From positions 43,719 through 107,718 of the forward strand of contig CAISLN010000080.1 of assembly GCA_903886275.1 (NCBI GenBank): DNA of 64,000 nucleotides, given 5' to 3'. This document shows, piece after piece, positions 35,169-48,866 of this stretch (position 1 is its first letter; each line of letters begins with the position of its first letter). The DNA is from an uncultured beta proteobacterium (GTDB taxonomy: Bacteria > Pseudomonadota > Gammaproteobacteria > Burkholderiales > Burkholderiaceae_C). A program made the position numbers and the translations under genes. The notes below the pieces were generated by a model. The model saw only the letters and a program-made list of their open reading frames with translations. It was not told where the DNA came from and searched no databases.

Positions 35169-35706
35169 GGCTTGCGGTGCTCACACGCGGCAAGGGCAAA
35201 GCAATGCTGCGCCCCGCATGGGCAGGACGTGGCAGCGTTGCATGGGCCTGCGCCAGCGGCAGCAACAGCGCAGCAACCGCTGGGAAGAAGGGTGCAGTGC
35301 GCGGGCCGGTTTCTGCATTGGAGGAATCGATGTTGGCCAGCATCTGCTCGTTGGTCGCCAGCAATGCGCCACTGTCCTGACGGTGCAGACTGTGGAACAG
35401 GTGCAGGCGCTTGGCGTCCATGCCCAGGACCTGCGTGCGCACCTCTACTGCCGCGCCCTCATGCACCTCCTGCACATAGTTGAGGTGCGTCTCCAGCGTG
35501 TACAGGGTGTGGCCGGTGGCGGCACGGCCGGCCGCGTCCAGACCGATGCGCTCCATCAGGGCATCGGTGGCCAGGCTAAACAGCAGCAGGTAAAAGGCAT
35601 CGCGCAGGTGGCCGTTGTAGTCCACCCATTCGTGGGCAATCTCGCCGCTCCAGGTGGTGACGGGCTGCGTTGCTTGCGCGGTAGTGCGGTCGTTGGAAGG
35701 GGACAC
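35161..35706 (-). CDS. Hotdog-fold thioesterase (CdhB-like, betainyl-CoA thioesterase candidate)
   Basis: EWVDYNGHLRDAFY, YTLETHLNY, ATNEQML. Confidence 0.85.
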   Translation of the reverse strand: MSPSNDRTTAQATQPVTTWSGEIAHEWVDYNGHLRDAFYLLLFSLATDALMERIGLDAAGRAATGHTLYTLETHLNYVQEVHEGAAVEVRTQVLGMDAKRLHLFHSLHRQDSGALLATNEQMLANIDSSNAETGPRTAPFFPAVAALLLPLAQAHATLPRPAHAGRSIALPLPRVSTASHA

Positions 35707-35709
35707 AGC

Positions 35710-36675
35710 TTACTCGTCCAGCGCAATGCCATGCTTGATTTTGGTGGCGCGCACGGCGGCTTGCACCGCCATCAGGCAGTCGTCGCGGTAGCGCTCCAGC
35801 TCGGCAATGCTGTGCGTGCCCAACTGCACCTCGGTGCCCTCGACCACCTTGTCGATCAGCGCGTCGGTCAGCTCGGGCGCCACCAGCTTGGTCCAGGGGA
35901 GTTTCAGCGCCGGGCCGAACTGGGACATGAAGTGGCGCATGCCGGCGTCGCCCCCGGCCAATGTGTAGATCAAAAAGCTGCCCATAAAGGACCAGCGAAT
36001 GCCTGCGCCATAGCGGATCGCGTCGTCGATTTCGCCGGTGGTGGCAACCCCTTCGTTGATCAGGTGCAAGGACTCGCGCCACTGGGCTTCGAGCAGGCGG
36101 TCGGCGATAAAGCCGGGCACCTCCTTGCGCACATGCAGCGGCTTCATGCCTAGCTTCTTATAAATGCGGATGGCGGCTTCCTTGGCCTGGAGGGAAGTCT
36201 TCTCGCCGCCCACCACTTCCACCAGCGGCAGCAGGTAGACCGGGTTGAAGGGGTGGCCGACCAGGCAGCGTTCGGGGTGTGTGGCCTGGGCGTAAAACTC
36301 GCTGGGCAAGAGGCCGGAGGTGCTCGATGCGATGAGCACATCGGGCCTGGCCGCAGCGGAAATTTGGGCGTGCAGTTTGATCTTGAGCGACAGGGTTTCG
36401 GGCGCGCTTTCCTGGATAAAGTCGGCGTCTTTCACGCATTCCTCCACGGTGGAAACAAAGCGCAGGCGCTCCGGCGAGGCGCCGGGTTGGCGGCCATTGG
36501 CCACCAGGGCCGGCCAGCACTTGCGTATGCGTTCCACCAGGTTGGCCTCGGCGTTGGGGGCGGGGTCCCAGGCGATCACGTCCAGGCCGTTGGCCAGGGC
36601 GCGGGCGATCCAGCCGCTGCCGATGACGCCGGTGCCTAAAGCGGCAAAGGTCTTGATATCTGTGTTGAAGCTCAT
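35710..36675 (-). CDS. lcdH: L-carnitine dehydrogenase
   Basis: [54 protein letters not shown]. Confidence 0.88.
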   Translation of the reverse strand: MSFNTDIKTFAALGTGVIGSGWIARALANGLDVIAWDPAPNAEANLVERIRKCWPALVANGRQPGASPERLRFVSTVEECVKDADFIQESAPETLSLKIKLHAQISAAARPDVLIASSTSGLLPSEFYAQATHPERCLVGHPFNPVYLLPLVEVVGGEKTSLQAKEAAIRIYKKLGMKPLHVRKEVPGFIADRLLEAQWRESLHLINEGVATTGEIDDAIRYGAGIRWSFMGSFLIYTLAGGDAGMRHFMSQFGPALKLPWTKLVAPELTDALIDKVVEGTEVQLGTHSIAELERYRDDCLMAVQAAVRATKIKHGIALDE

Positions 36676-36711
36676 GTGGGGTTCCTGGTATGTGCGATGC
36701 GATGCGCTGGA

Positions 36712-37596
36712 TCAGCGGGCCTTGAGGTTCATCTTCACTCGGCCTTCTGCCGGGGTCATGGGCTTGGCGCCCATGCATTCGATCAGCCGGATCACCCGCT
36801 CCACCAGCGATCCGTTGCTGGCGTAAACGCCCTTGTCCAGCCAGAGGTTGTCTTCCAGGCCGACGCGCACATGGCCGCCCAAGAGCATGGCCTGCGCGGC
36901 CATGGGCATTTGCATGCGGCCGATGCCAAAGCCGGCCCAGGTGGCATTGGCGGGCAGGTTGTCCACCATGGCCTTCATGGTGGTGGTGTCGGCCGGTGCG
37001 CCCCAGGGGATGCCTAAGCAGAGCTGGAACAAGGGATCGACCAGCAGGCCCTCCTTGATCATCTGCTTGGAGAACCACAGGTGGCCGGTGTCAAAGATTT
37101 CCAGCTCGGCCTTCACACCGAGCTCGGTGATGCGTTTGGCACCCGCGCGCAGGGCGGTGGGGGTGGAGACATAGATGGTGTCGCCATCGCCAAAGTTGAG
37201 CGTGCCGCAGTCCAGCGTGCAGATGTCGGGCAGCAGCTCTTGCACATGCACCAGACGCGCCAGCGGGCCGACCAGGTCGGTGCCGGGGCCGAAGTCGCAG
37301 GGGCGCTCACCCGCGCCGATTTCCAGATCGCCGCCCATGCCGGCGGTGAGGTTGACGATGACATCCACACCGGAAGATTGGATGTGTTCCATCAGCTCGC
37401 GGTAGAGCGCCGGGTCGCGGCTGCCCTTACCCGTTTGCGGGTCGCGCACATGGCAGTGCACCACGGTGGCACCGGCGTTGGCCGCCTGAATGGCGGCATC
37501 GGCAATCTGGCGCGGTGTCACGGGGATGTGGGGGTTCTTGCCCACGGTGTCGCCGGCGCCTGTCACGGCACAGGTGATGATGATGTTGGGGTTCAT
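36712..37596 (-). CDS. BKACE-family beta-keto acid cleavage enzyme (3-dehydrocarnitine cleavage, CdhC-like)
   Basis: [36 protein letters not shown]; first gene of the carnitine operon. Confidence 0.9.
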   Translation of the reverse strand: MNPNIIITCAVTGAGDTVGKNPHIPVTPRQIADAAIQAANAGATVVHCHVRDPQTGKGSRDPALYRELMEHIQSSGVDVIVNLTAGMGGDLEIGAGERPCDFGPGTDLVGPLARLVHVQELLPDICTLDCGTLNFGDGDTIYVSTPTALRAGAKRITELGVKAELEIFDTGHLWFSKQMIKEGLLVDPLFQLCLGIPWGAPADTTTMKAMVDNLPANATWAGFGIGRMQMPMAAQAMLLGGHVRVGLEDNLWLDKGVYASNGSLVERVIRLIECMGAKPMTPAEGRVKMNLKAR

Positions 37597-37755
37597 GTGG
37601 GGTAGTCCGGTTGGGTCATGGAGACTGCATCCTAGACCGGCGCATGCTGTGGCGTCTCCCGTTGTTACGACCCTTGCTTGACGAAAAGCGACGCGCCCTG
37701 CTTGGGGTTTTCCCCAGCCGGCACAGGCCACCGGCTTGCGCTGTGGTGGCTGCGC

Positions 37756-39120
37756 TCAGGTCGGCCAGGTGGAGCCGTGCTCAGGCACCAGGGCACGCCA
37801 GCCCAGTTCGCGTTGGATGCGGGCACGCAGGGTGTCGGAGGCCTGGCGCTCACCATGCACCACATAGACCTGTGCCGGCGGCTTGGGCAGGGTCCTGAGC
37901 CAGTCCATCAGTTGCTGGCCATCGGCATGGGCCGAGGCCGATTCCAGCGACACCACTTCGGCCTCAATGGCCACATCGTGGCCGTGTATGCGCACGCTGC
38001 GCCCCCCACTGGCGATGGTGGCGCCGCGCGTGCCGGGGGCCTGGAAGCCGGTGAGTATCACCATGTTGCGGTGGTTGCCGGCGCGCTGCTCCAGGTGGTG
38101 CAGCACGCGCCCGCCGGTGGCCATGCCGCTGGCCGAGAGGATGACCATGGGCCCGTGGCGCGAGGCCAGGGCCTTGGACTCGTCGGTGCTGCTGACCATG
38201 GTGGCGCCATGCGTCAGGGCGCGCACCTCGGCGGCGTTGAGCCGGTGCTCCCCCGGATGGTGTTCAAACAAGTGGGTAGTGTGCACCGCCATCGGGCTGT
38301 CCAAAAACACCGGCAGGCTATGCGGTATCGCGCCGCTGGCCTTGAGCTGCCCTATGGCATGCAGCAGCGCCTGGGCCCGGCCCACGGCAAACACCGGCAC
38401 CACCGCCACACCACCGCGCGCGGCCAGCCGCTGCAGGGCCGGGCCCAGCTCGGCCAACAGATTGCTGTGCGGGTGCGTGCGGTCGCCGTAGGTGGATTCG
38501 ATCAGCACCGTGTCGGCGCCAGGGGCGTGGTCCGGCGGGTTCATGAGGGAGTCGTCCGGACGGCCCAGATCGCCCGAGAACAGGATGCGCCGGCCCGACA
38601 CCTCCAGCAGAACGCTGCAGGCGCCCAGGATATGGCCTGCGCTTTGGAAGGTGGCGCGCCAACCGGGGATGGGCTGGAAGGTGGTGCCCATCGCCACGGT
38701 CTTGATCAGTGGCAGGCAATCCAGCGCGTCTTGTCGGGTGTAGAGCGGCAGGGCCGGTGCGTGTTTGGAGAAGCCCTTGCGGTTGGCAAATTCGGCGTCC
38801 TCTTCCTGGATGTGGCCACTGTCGGGCAGCAAGATTTTGCACAGGTCGCGCGTGCCGGTGGAGGCGAACACAGGGCCGCTAAAACCCTGCTTGGCCAGCA
38901 GCGGCAGGTAACCGCTGTGGTCCAGATGGGCATGGGTCAACAGCAAGGCGTGAATGGCTTCGGGCAGCACCGGAAGCGGGTTCCAGTTGCGCAAGCGCAG
39001 TTGCTTGAAGCCCTGGAACAGCCCGCAGTCCACCAGCAGACTTTGCTCCTGGTGCCGTACCAGATATTTGGAGCCGGTGACCGTATCGGCCCCGCCCAGA
39101 AAGGTGATGCTCACGCCCAT
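37756..39120 (-). CDS. MBL-fold beta-CASP ribonuclease-like protein
   Basis: VTGSK, THAHLDHSG, AGHILG, FSGDLG, ESTYG, SGMATGGR, SAHAD. Confidence 0.9.
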   Translation of the reverse strand: MGVSITFLGGADTVTGSKYLVRHQEQSLLVDCGLFQGFKQLRLRNWNPLPVLPEAIHALLLTHAHLDHSGYLPLLAKQGFSGPVFASTGTRDLCKILLPDSGHIQEEDAEFANRKGFSKHAPALPLYTRQDALDCLPLIKTVAMGTTFQPIPGWRATFQSAGHILGACSVLLEVSGRRILFSGDLGRPDDSLMNPPDHAPGADTVLIESTYGDRTHPHSNLLAELGPALQRLAARGGVAVVPVFAVGRAQALLHAIGQLKASGAIPHSLPVFLDSPMAVHTTHLFEHHPGEHRLNAAEVRALTHGATMVSSTDESKALASRHGPMVILSASGMATGGRVLHHLEQRAGNHRNMVILTGFQAPGTRGATIASGGRSVRIHGHDVAIEAEVVSLESASAHADGQQLMDWLRTLPKPPAQVYVVHGERQASDTLRARIQRELGWRALVPEHGSTWPT

Positions 39121-39131
39121 AGCAAACCTCC

Positions 39132-39172
39132 AAAAAAAATGCCGCCAAGTCCCTTATAGACCTGGCGGCATT
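39132..39172 (-). terminator. Rho-independent terminator after dnaJ
   Basis: AATGCCGCCA...TGGCGGCATT 10-bp stem followed by a U-tract on the minus strand. Confidence 0.75.
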
Positions 39173-39190
39173 GCTTGGGCAACGGTTTGA

Positions 39191-40330
39191 TCAGCTAAAG
39201 AAGCTTTTTAAACGATCAGACCAGCTGTCACCGGTGGGCGAATGCTTGCTGCCGCCTTTTTTGAAGGAGTCTTCGAGTTCGCGCAACAGCTTGCGTTGGT
39301 GCTCGCTGAGCTTGACCGGTGTTTCGACTGCGATGTGGCAGTAGAGGTCGCCGGGGTAGCTGGCGCGCACGCCCTTGATGCCCTTGCCGCGCAGGCGGAA
39401 CTGCTTGCCGGTCTGCGTGCCTTCGGGGATGTCGATGGCGGCCTTGCCGGCCAACGTGGGTACGTCGATTTCTCCACCCAAGGCGGCGGTGACCATGCTG
39501 ATGGGCACCGAACAGTGGATGTCATCGCCATCGCGCTCAAAGATGTCGTGCTTCTTGAGGCGGATCTCGATGTAGAGGTCGCCGGGAGGGCCACCATTGG
39601 TGCCGGGCTCGCCGTTGCCGGCGCTGCGGATGCGCATGCCGCCGTCGATGCCCGACGGAATCTTCACTTCCAGCGTCTTTTGGCGCTTGATCTTGCCCTG
39701 GCCGTGGCAGGCCACGCAGGGCTCGGGAACGACCTTGCCATTGCCGCGGCAGGTCGGGCAGGTTTGCTGCACGCTGAAAAAGCCCTGGCGCATTTGCACC
39801 GTGCCTGCGCCACTGCAGGTGCCGCAGGTCTTGACCTGGGTGCCGGGCTTGGCGCCCGTGCCCTTGCAGGTGTCGCAGTTGTCCCAGCTGGGAATGCGGA
39901 TCTGCGCGTCCTTGCCGTGGGCGGCTTCTTCGAGGGTGATTTCCATGGCGTAGCTGAGGTCGCCGCCACGGTAGACCTGTCGGCCACCGGCCGCACCGGG
40001 TCGGCCACCGCGCTGCTGGCCAAACATGTCGCCAAAGATATCGCCAAAGGCTTCGGCAAAGCCGCCATAGGCCTCGCCGCCGGCGCCACCGCGATTGGGG
40101 TCCACGCCCGCGTGGCCGTACTGGTCATAGGCCGCGCGCTTTTGCGCGTCCGAGAGCATCTCGTAGGCCTCCTTGGCCTCCTTGAATTTTTCTTCTGCTG
40201 CCTTGGTCGTGTCACCCTGGTTGCGGTCCGGGTGGTGCTTCATGGCCAGCTTGCGATAGGCCTTTTTGATGTCCTCGTCGCTGGCATTCTTGGCAACGCC
40301 AAGGGTTTCGTAATAGTCTCTTTTGGCCAT
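39191..40330 (-). CDS. dnaJ: Chaperone DnaJ
   Basis: HPD motif, G/F region, four CxxCxGxG repeats. Confidence 0.97.
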   Translation of the reverse strand: MAKRDYYETLGVAKNASDEDIKKAYRKLAMKHHPDRNQGDTTKAAEEKFKEAKEAYEMLSDAQKRAAYDQYGHAGVDPNRGGAGGEAYGGFAEAFGDIFGDMFGQQRGGRPGAAGGRQVYRGGDLSYAMEITLEEAAHGKDAQIRIPSWDNCDTCKGTGAKPGTQVKTCGTCSGAGTVQMRQGFFSVQQTCPTCRGNGKVVPEPCVACHGQGKIKRQKTLEVKIPSGIDGGMRIRSAGNGEPGTNGGPPGDLYIEIRLKKHDIFERDGDDIHCSVPISMVTAALGGEIDVPTLAGKAAIDIPEGTQTGKQFRLRGKGIKGVRASYPGDLYCHIAVETPVKLSEHQRKLLRELEDSFKKGGSKHSPTGDSWSDRLKSFFS

Positions 40331-40356
40331 GTTCAATCGGGGTCCGTTAACAACAC

Positions 40357-40394
40357 AAAAGCCGCGTTGAGCCACCTGAGGTGTTCAACGCGGC
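40357..40394 (-). terminator. Hairpin between dnaK and dnaJ
   Basis: GCCGCGTTGA...TCAACGCGGC 10-bp stem followed by UUUUG on the minus strand. Confidence 0.6.
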
Positions 40395-40421
40395 GGCAGG
40401 GCGAAGGGTCGCCGTCGGCGT

Positions 40422-42365
<1,944 letters not shown>

Positions 42366-42404
42366 GATTTACTCCTGCTTGATTCAAAAATTCAGATGTC
42401 CATA

Positions 42405-42432
42405 AGGTGTGGACGCTTATTGGGCTTTCAAG
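42405..42432 (-). promoter_or_regulatory. Sigma-32 promoter of dnaK
   Basis: CTTGAAA-13 nt-CCACACCT. Confidence 0.75.
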
Positions 42433-42478
42433 CCCGGGGCCCGGCCGTATTTGACGAGCGCCGGGCCTGTCAGTCTCT

Positions 42479-43036
42479 TTATTTGGGCGCGGCCACGGTG
42501 ACCAGGGCCGGGCGCAGCACGCGCTCGACGATGGAATAGCCTTTTTGCAGCACGCTGACCACGGTGTTGGCTTCGAGTTCGGAAGGCACCACGCTGATGG
42601 CCTGGTGTTGGTGTGGGTCGAACTTGGCGCCGGGCGCCGGGTCGATGGCAATCACCTTGTTGCGCTCCAGCGCGGCCAGCAGCTGGCGCAGCGTGGCCTG
42701 TGCGCCTTCGCGGATTTGCTCGGGGGTGGCGTCCTTGATCACCAGGCCGGCTTCCAGGCTGTCGGCCACGGGCAGCAGGCTTTCAGCAAAACCTTCCACG
42801 GCAAACTTGCGCGCCTTGGTGATTTCTTCTTCGGCGCGGCGGCGGGCGTTTTCGGCGTCGGCCTTGGCGCGCAGGTACTGGTCGGCCATGTCGGCGCTCT
42901 TGGCCTTGAGCGTGGCGAGCTCAGCCAGCAAGGTAGCCATGGCATCGGCTTCGGAGGCGTTCAGGGCTGCGACCAGCTCCTCTGGGCTTTGTTGGCCGGG
43001 CTCGGGGGTGTGGGGTGTAGGTGCTTGTTCAGACAT
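42479..43036 (-). CDS. grpE: Nucleotide exchange factor GrpE
   Basis: [25 protein letters not shown]...RVLRPALV. Confidence 0.96.
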   Translation of the reverse strand: MSEQAPTPHTPEPGQQSPEELVAALNASEADAMATLLAELATLKAKSADMADQYLRAKADAENARRRAEEEITKARKFAVEGFAESLLPVADSLEAGLVIKDATPEQIREGAQATLRQLLAALERNKVIAIDPAPGAKFDPHQHQAISVVPSELEANTVVSVLQKGYSIVERVLRPALVTVAAPK

Positions 43037-43066
43037 GTGTGCGCTGCAAAGATAAGGTTGACCCGC

Positions 43067-43094
43067 AGTTGGGGTCTTTTGAACCGCTTTCAAG
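43067..43094 (-). promoter_or_regulatory. Sigma-32 promoter of grpE
   Basis: CTTGAAA-13 nt-CCCCAACT. Confidence 0.8.
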
Positions 43095-43139
43095 GGCTGG
43101 CCACTGCGCGGGGCAGTCGGCCGGCCAAGAGGACGCTAC

Positions 43140-43493
43140 TTACGCAGAGACGCCCAGCAATTCCACGTCAAATTTGAGCGTGGCATTGGGCGGAATCACG
43201 CCACCAGCGCCGCGTGCGCCATAGCCCAGGGCGGCGGGGATGATCAGGGTGCGCGCACCACCGACCTTCATGCCGGCCACGCCTTCGTCCCAGCCCTTGA
43301 TCACCATGCCGGCGCCCAGGCCAAACACAAACGGATCGCCACGGTCCTTGCTGGAGTCGAACTTGGCGCCCTGCGTGTCGTCGTTATAAAGCCAACCGGT
43401 GTAGTGCACCGTGACCTGTTGACCGGCCGCTGCCGCTACTCCGCTGCCCTCTGTGGTGTCGAGATACTGAAGTCCGCTTGCTGTGGTTTGCAT
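43140..43493 (-). CDS. FKBP-type peptidyl-prolyl isomerase
   Basis: VHYTGWL, FDSS, VIKGWDEG, GYGARGAGGVIPPNATLKFDVEL. Confidence 0.95.
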   Translation of the reverse strand: MQTTASGLQYLDTTEGSGVAAAAGQQVTVHYTGWLYNDDTQGAKFDSSKDRGDPFVFGLGAGMVIKGWDEGVAGMKVGGARTLIIPAALGYGARGAGGVIPPNATLKFDVELLGVSA

Positions 43494-43583
43494 GAGTGTG
43501 TCCTTGGAGTTTGCCGCGACCAATGCCGTTATGGCGGCGGAGCAAAAGGGTCAAATTATGCCGCAAGCCTTTGGCGATGGAGC

Positions 43584-43895
43584 CTACAAGATTTTTTTGG
43601 TCAGACCTGCGGCCCACTTGTTGGCGAAGGTCGGCAAATCGGCCAACCGTTTGGCCAGCGCCGCCCCGGTCGCGGTCAGCAAATAGCCGTTGTCGCCATG
43701 GCTGAGCAGCGCGGCCTCGCGCAGTTGCTTGATGCGGGTGTTGAGGGTATTGGGCGTGATGCCGCCCACGCTTTCTTGCAGCACGCGAAAGGTCTGCGCG
43801 CGGCCGTCGCGCAGTGCCCAGAGCACCCGCATGGCGTAGCGGCATTCCAGCAGGCTGAGCAGCTGGCCCATGGCGGCAGATTCTTTGGCATTCAT
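43584..43895 (-). CDS. HxlR-family winged-helix regulator
   Basis: RYAMRVLWAL, FRVLQ, ITPNTLNTRIKQL, YLLTATG. Confidence 0.85.
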   Translation of the reverse strand: MNAKESAAMGQLLSLLECRYAMRVLWALRDGRAQTFRVLQESVGGITPNTLNTRIKQLREAALLSHGDNGYLLTATGAALAKRLADLPTFANKWAAGLTKKIL

Positions 43896-44050
43896 TGGAG
43901 CAACCTGTGTCGGAGTTTTTGGTCAGCTTAGCGTGATTCGCAGCCTGCTACCAGAAGCATAGCTTTTGGGTTTTTCCAAACTTGCCAGGGTAGTGCACCG
44001 GTGCTAAGGTTTGCCGTCATCGCGCACGGCTTCGCAAACGGAGAAACTGC

Positions 44051-44338
44051 ATGGAATACAACTTTGACCAGGTCCACAACTACTACGAGCGGCTGGTTTT
44101 TGAAGAGGTGCTGCACCGTGCCCAAGCCCCGGAGAACTTGGACTTCACCGGTGACATGTTGGCCGATGTGTCGTGCCTGGCGCTGAACCGCCTGCCTGCG
44201 CGTTATGTGCGCCACGATGTGGACATGATGTTCTACCTGGCCGAGCCGGAGCGCCAAGCGATGCAGCAGGCGCTGGAGGATGTGCTCAATTTTTCTTTCG
44301 AGTTTGTCCGGGAGCGCATGGCCCGCTCGGCCCGTTAG
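44051..44338 (+). CDS. ComFB-family protein
   Basis: VHNYYERLV, DVSCLALNRLPARY. Confidence 0.8.
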   Translation: MEYNFDQVHNYYERLVFEEVLHRAQAPENLDFTGDMLADVSCLALNRLPARYVRHDVDMMFYLAEPERQAMQQALEDVLNFSFEFVRERMARSAR

Positions 44339-46293
44339 CCTGGGCCTTGCAGCTGCACCACTGCGCCCTGCGCATCCCGTAGCCACTGCGCGCGTTGCAG
44401 TCCGCGCAGCGCACTGCACACCCGCAGTTCTTGTGCGCACAGCACCTCTTCTACCCTGAGCACCCGTTCTTTTAAAGCAGGGCAGCGCGCTAGCAGACGC
44501 CCACGCAACACACCAGCCAACACGCCGCTGGCCAGTGGCGGCGTCCACCAGCGGCCATCGATTTTGACCAACAGGTTGCTGCGCGCACCCTCGGTCGCCT
44601 CGCCCTGCTCATTCACAAAAATCGCGTCAAAGGCCTGCTGGGCCATGGCCTCTTGGATGGCGGCGTCGTAGCAGCTGCGCAGCGAGGTCTTGTGCTTGAG
44701 CAGCGCCGCTTCCGCTGCGGGCACCGGGCTTGTGGACAGCAGCAGCAGGGCTGGCCCCGCTGGCAAGGGGGTGAGCAGGGCGTGCTTCCACAGCAGGCGA
44801 CCGTCTTGTTGCAGGTCCAGCCGCAGGCGGTAGTTCTGCTGTGCATCCAGCCCCAGCAGCTGTTGCGCCAGGCCTTGCGCAATGGCGTGCAAGTCGCAGC
44901 GAAAGCCCAGCACTGCGGCACTGTGCTGCAGGCGCTGCAGATGCCAGCGCAGATGGCGCACCCGACCGCGCTGCACGCGCAGGGTTTCAAACAGGGTGAA
45001 GCCGGGGTCCATCTCGGTCAAAAAGCGGGCCTTGGCGCGGGCCTCGGCAAACTCGTCGTCGGCCTTGGAGTCCAGCACAATGCCGCCACCCACGCCCAAG
45101 CGGGCCGGCCTGCGCCCTGCATGGGCGGCGCCCAGAACGATGGTGCGAATCGCCACCGACAGACAAAAATTTCCAATGCGCGTCTCTCCGGCAGGTGCGT
45201 CTATCCAGCCGATGGCGCCGCAATACAGACCGCGCTCCTCAGGCTCCAGGCCGGCAATCAGGTCCATGGTGTGCAGCTTGGGGGCGCCGGTAATCGAGCC
45301 GCAGGGAAACAGGGCCCGCAGTACCGCGGGAAAGTCCAGTCCTGCGAGCAGGCGCGACTCCACGGTGGAGGTCATCTGGTGCACCGTCTTGTAGGTCTCT
45401 ACCGCAAACAGCTTGGGCACCGTGACCGAACCGATTTCCGAAATGCGGCCCAGGTCGTTGCGCAACAGGTCCACGATCATCACATTTTCAGAACGGTTCT
45501 TGGCATCATGGGCCAGCCAGTGGGCGCGCAATTGGTCAGCCACCGGATCGGCCAAGCGGGCGGCGGTGCCCTTCATGGGCCTGGTGCTCAGGTGGCCAGC
45601 GCGGTTGCGTACAAACAGCTCGGGCGAGCTCGACAGCACCCAGTTGGCCTGCGCATCGCCTGGGTCCAGCGCAGGCAGGTGGGCCAGCGCTCCAAAGGCC
45701 ACAGGCTGCATGGCGCGCAGTCGCCGGTACAGCCCGACGGGCGTGCCGTATTGGGAGCCGTGGAGGTTGAAGGTGTAGTTGACCTGGTAGGTCTCACCCT
45801 GGCTGATCAGCGCGCGGATGCGGGCAATGTCTTGCTCAAAGCGGCGCTGGTCCACGCTGGGCGTCAGATCGGAAATGCCGGCGGGCGAGGGCGTGGGCGC
45901 GCCATCAAGCTGGGAGAGCCATTGCGAGACGGCCTCGTTTGAGAGAAGTTGCAGTTGCTTGAACATCAGCACGCGCAGCGCACCGCACTCTGGCTGCTTG
46001 CGCAGTCCGGCAAGTTGCAGCCTGGCGCCCCATTCGTAGTCGATCAGGATGGCCGCATGCAGGCCGGCGCCCTGGTCGGCCGTGACGGCCTGCCACAGCG
46101 CATCAAGCGTTTGCACATCGGCACAACGGTGCTCGCGCACGAAGCCGCTGTAAAGCCTGCTGGTGGGTGCTGCCACAGTGGCGTGGCAGTCATCGAGCAG
46201 GACAAAGACCTTGTCGTCCAATTCAAACCCCTTACACAAAGAGCCCCCACGCTCACCCGCTGCGCGTGGTTCGCTGCCCCATATGGGGCGCAT
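44335..46293 (-). CDS. pabB: Aminodeoxychorismate synthase component I fused to a class IV aminotransferase/ADC lyase domain (PabB-PabC)
   Basis: GETYQVN, SSSPELF, RPMKGT, ENVMIVDLLRND, PCGSITGAPK; C-terminal FETL, KHKTS, TEGARSN, GVLR; start may be TTG near 46223. Confidence 0.88.
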   Translation of the reverse strand: MRPIWGSEPRAAGERGGSLCKGFELDDKVFVLLDDCHATVAAPTSRLYSGFVREHRCADVQTLDALWQAVTADQGAGLHAAILIDYEWGARLQLAGLRKQPECGALRVLMFKQLQLLSNEAVSQWLSQLDGAPTPSPAGISDLTPSVDQRRFEQDIARIRALISQGETYQVNYTFNLHGSQYGTPVGLYRRLRAMQPVAFGALAHLPALDPGDAQANWVLSSSPELFVRNRAGHLSTRPMKGTAARLADPVADQLRAHWLAHDAKNRSENVMIVDLLRNDLGRISEIGSVTVPKLFAVETYKTVHQMTSTVESRLLAGLDFPAVLRALFPCGSITGAPKLHTMDLIAGLEPEERGLYCGAIGWIDAPAGETRIGNFCLSVAIRTIVLGAAHAGRRPARLGVGGGIVLDSKADDEFAEARAKARFLTEMDPGFTLFETLRVQRGRVRHLRWHLQRLQHSAAVLGFRCDLHAIAQGLAQQLLGLDAQQNYRLRLDLQQDGRLLWKHALLTPLPAGPALLLLSTSPVPAAEAALLKHKTSLRSCYDAAIQEAMAQQAFDAIFVNEQGEATEGARSNLLVKIDGRWWTPPLASGVLAGVLRGRLLARCPALKERVLRVEEVLCAQELRVCSALRGLQRAQWLRDAQGAVVQLQGPG

Positions 46294-46320
46294 TGCACCT
46301 AGGGGCGGCCCGTCGGTGCA
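46243..46320. repeat. REP/MITE-like palindromic element
   Basis: Same 33-34-nt core as 33258-33290, followed by GCCCC-atat-GGGGC and TGCACC...GGTGCA hairpins. Confidence 0.75.
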
Positions 46321-46322
46321 AT

Positions 46323-46351
46323 AACCAAGTGGGCTGACAGCCCACTTGGTT
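46323..46351 (-). terminator. Hairpin after rpoD
   Basis: Perfect 14-bp inverted repeat AACCAAGTGGGCTG-a-CAGCCCACTTGGTT. Confidence 0.7.
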
Positions 46352-46356
46352 TCCTA

Positions 46357-48651
<2,295 letters not shown>

Positions 48652-48866
48652 GGGAAAACCTCCGGTCATCAAAAAACATGTGGGCGAACAGATCGAACGC
48701 CAGCCGGGTCGCGCTAAACGGCCGCAGGTGGCAGGGCAGGAAGGAACTTCCCTCGGCAAGATGTGAGGGCGAACATTTGGAATGCAACCCTTGCGGTAAG
48801 GTGGCCTGCTGAGAACGGTGTCTGCATATGGCCTGGACCGGAGGTGTTGCTGTCGCTCTTGCCGAA

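Noticed and set aside
37640-37700. GTCG-type repeats as a possible AraC (CdhR/GbdR) site
   Set aside because: Too short and degenerate to support without a matrix.
44335-46293. PabB-PabC fusion as a novelty
   Set aside because: This fusion is common in Betaproteobacteria.
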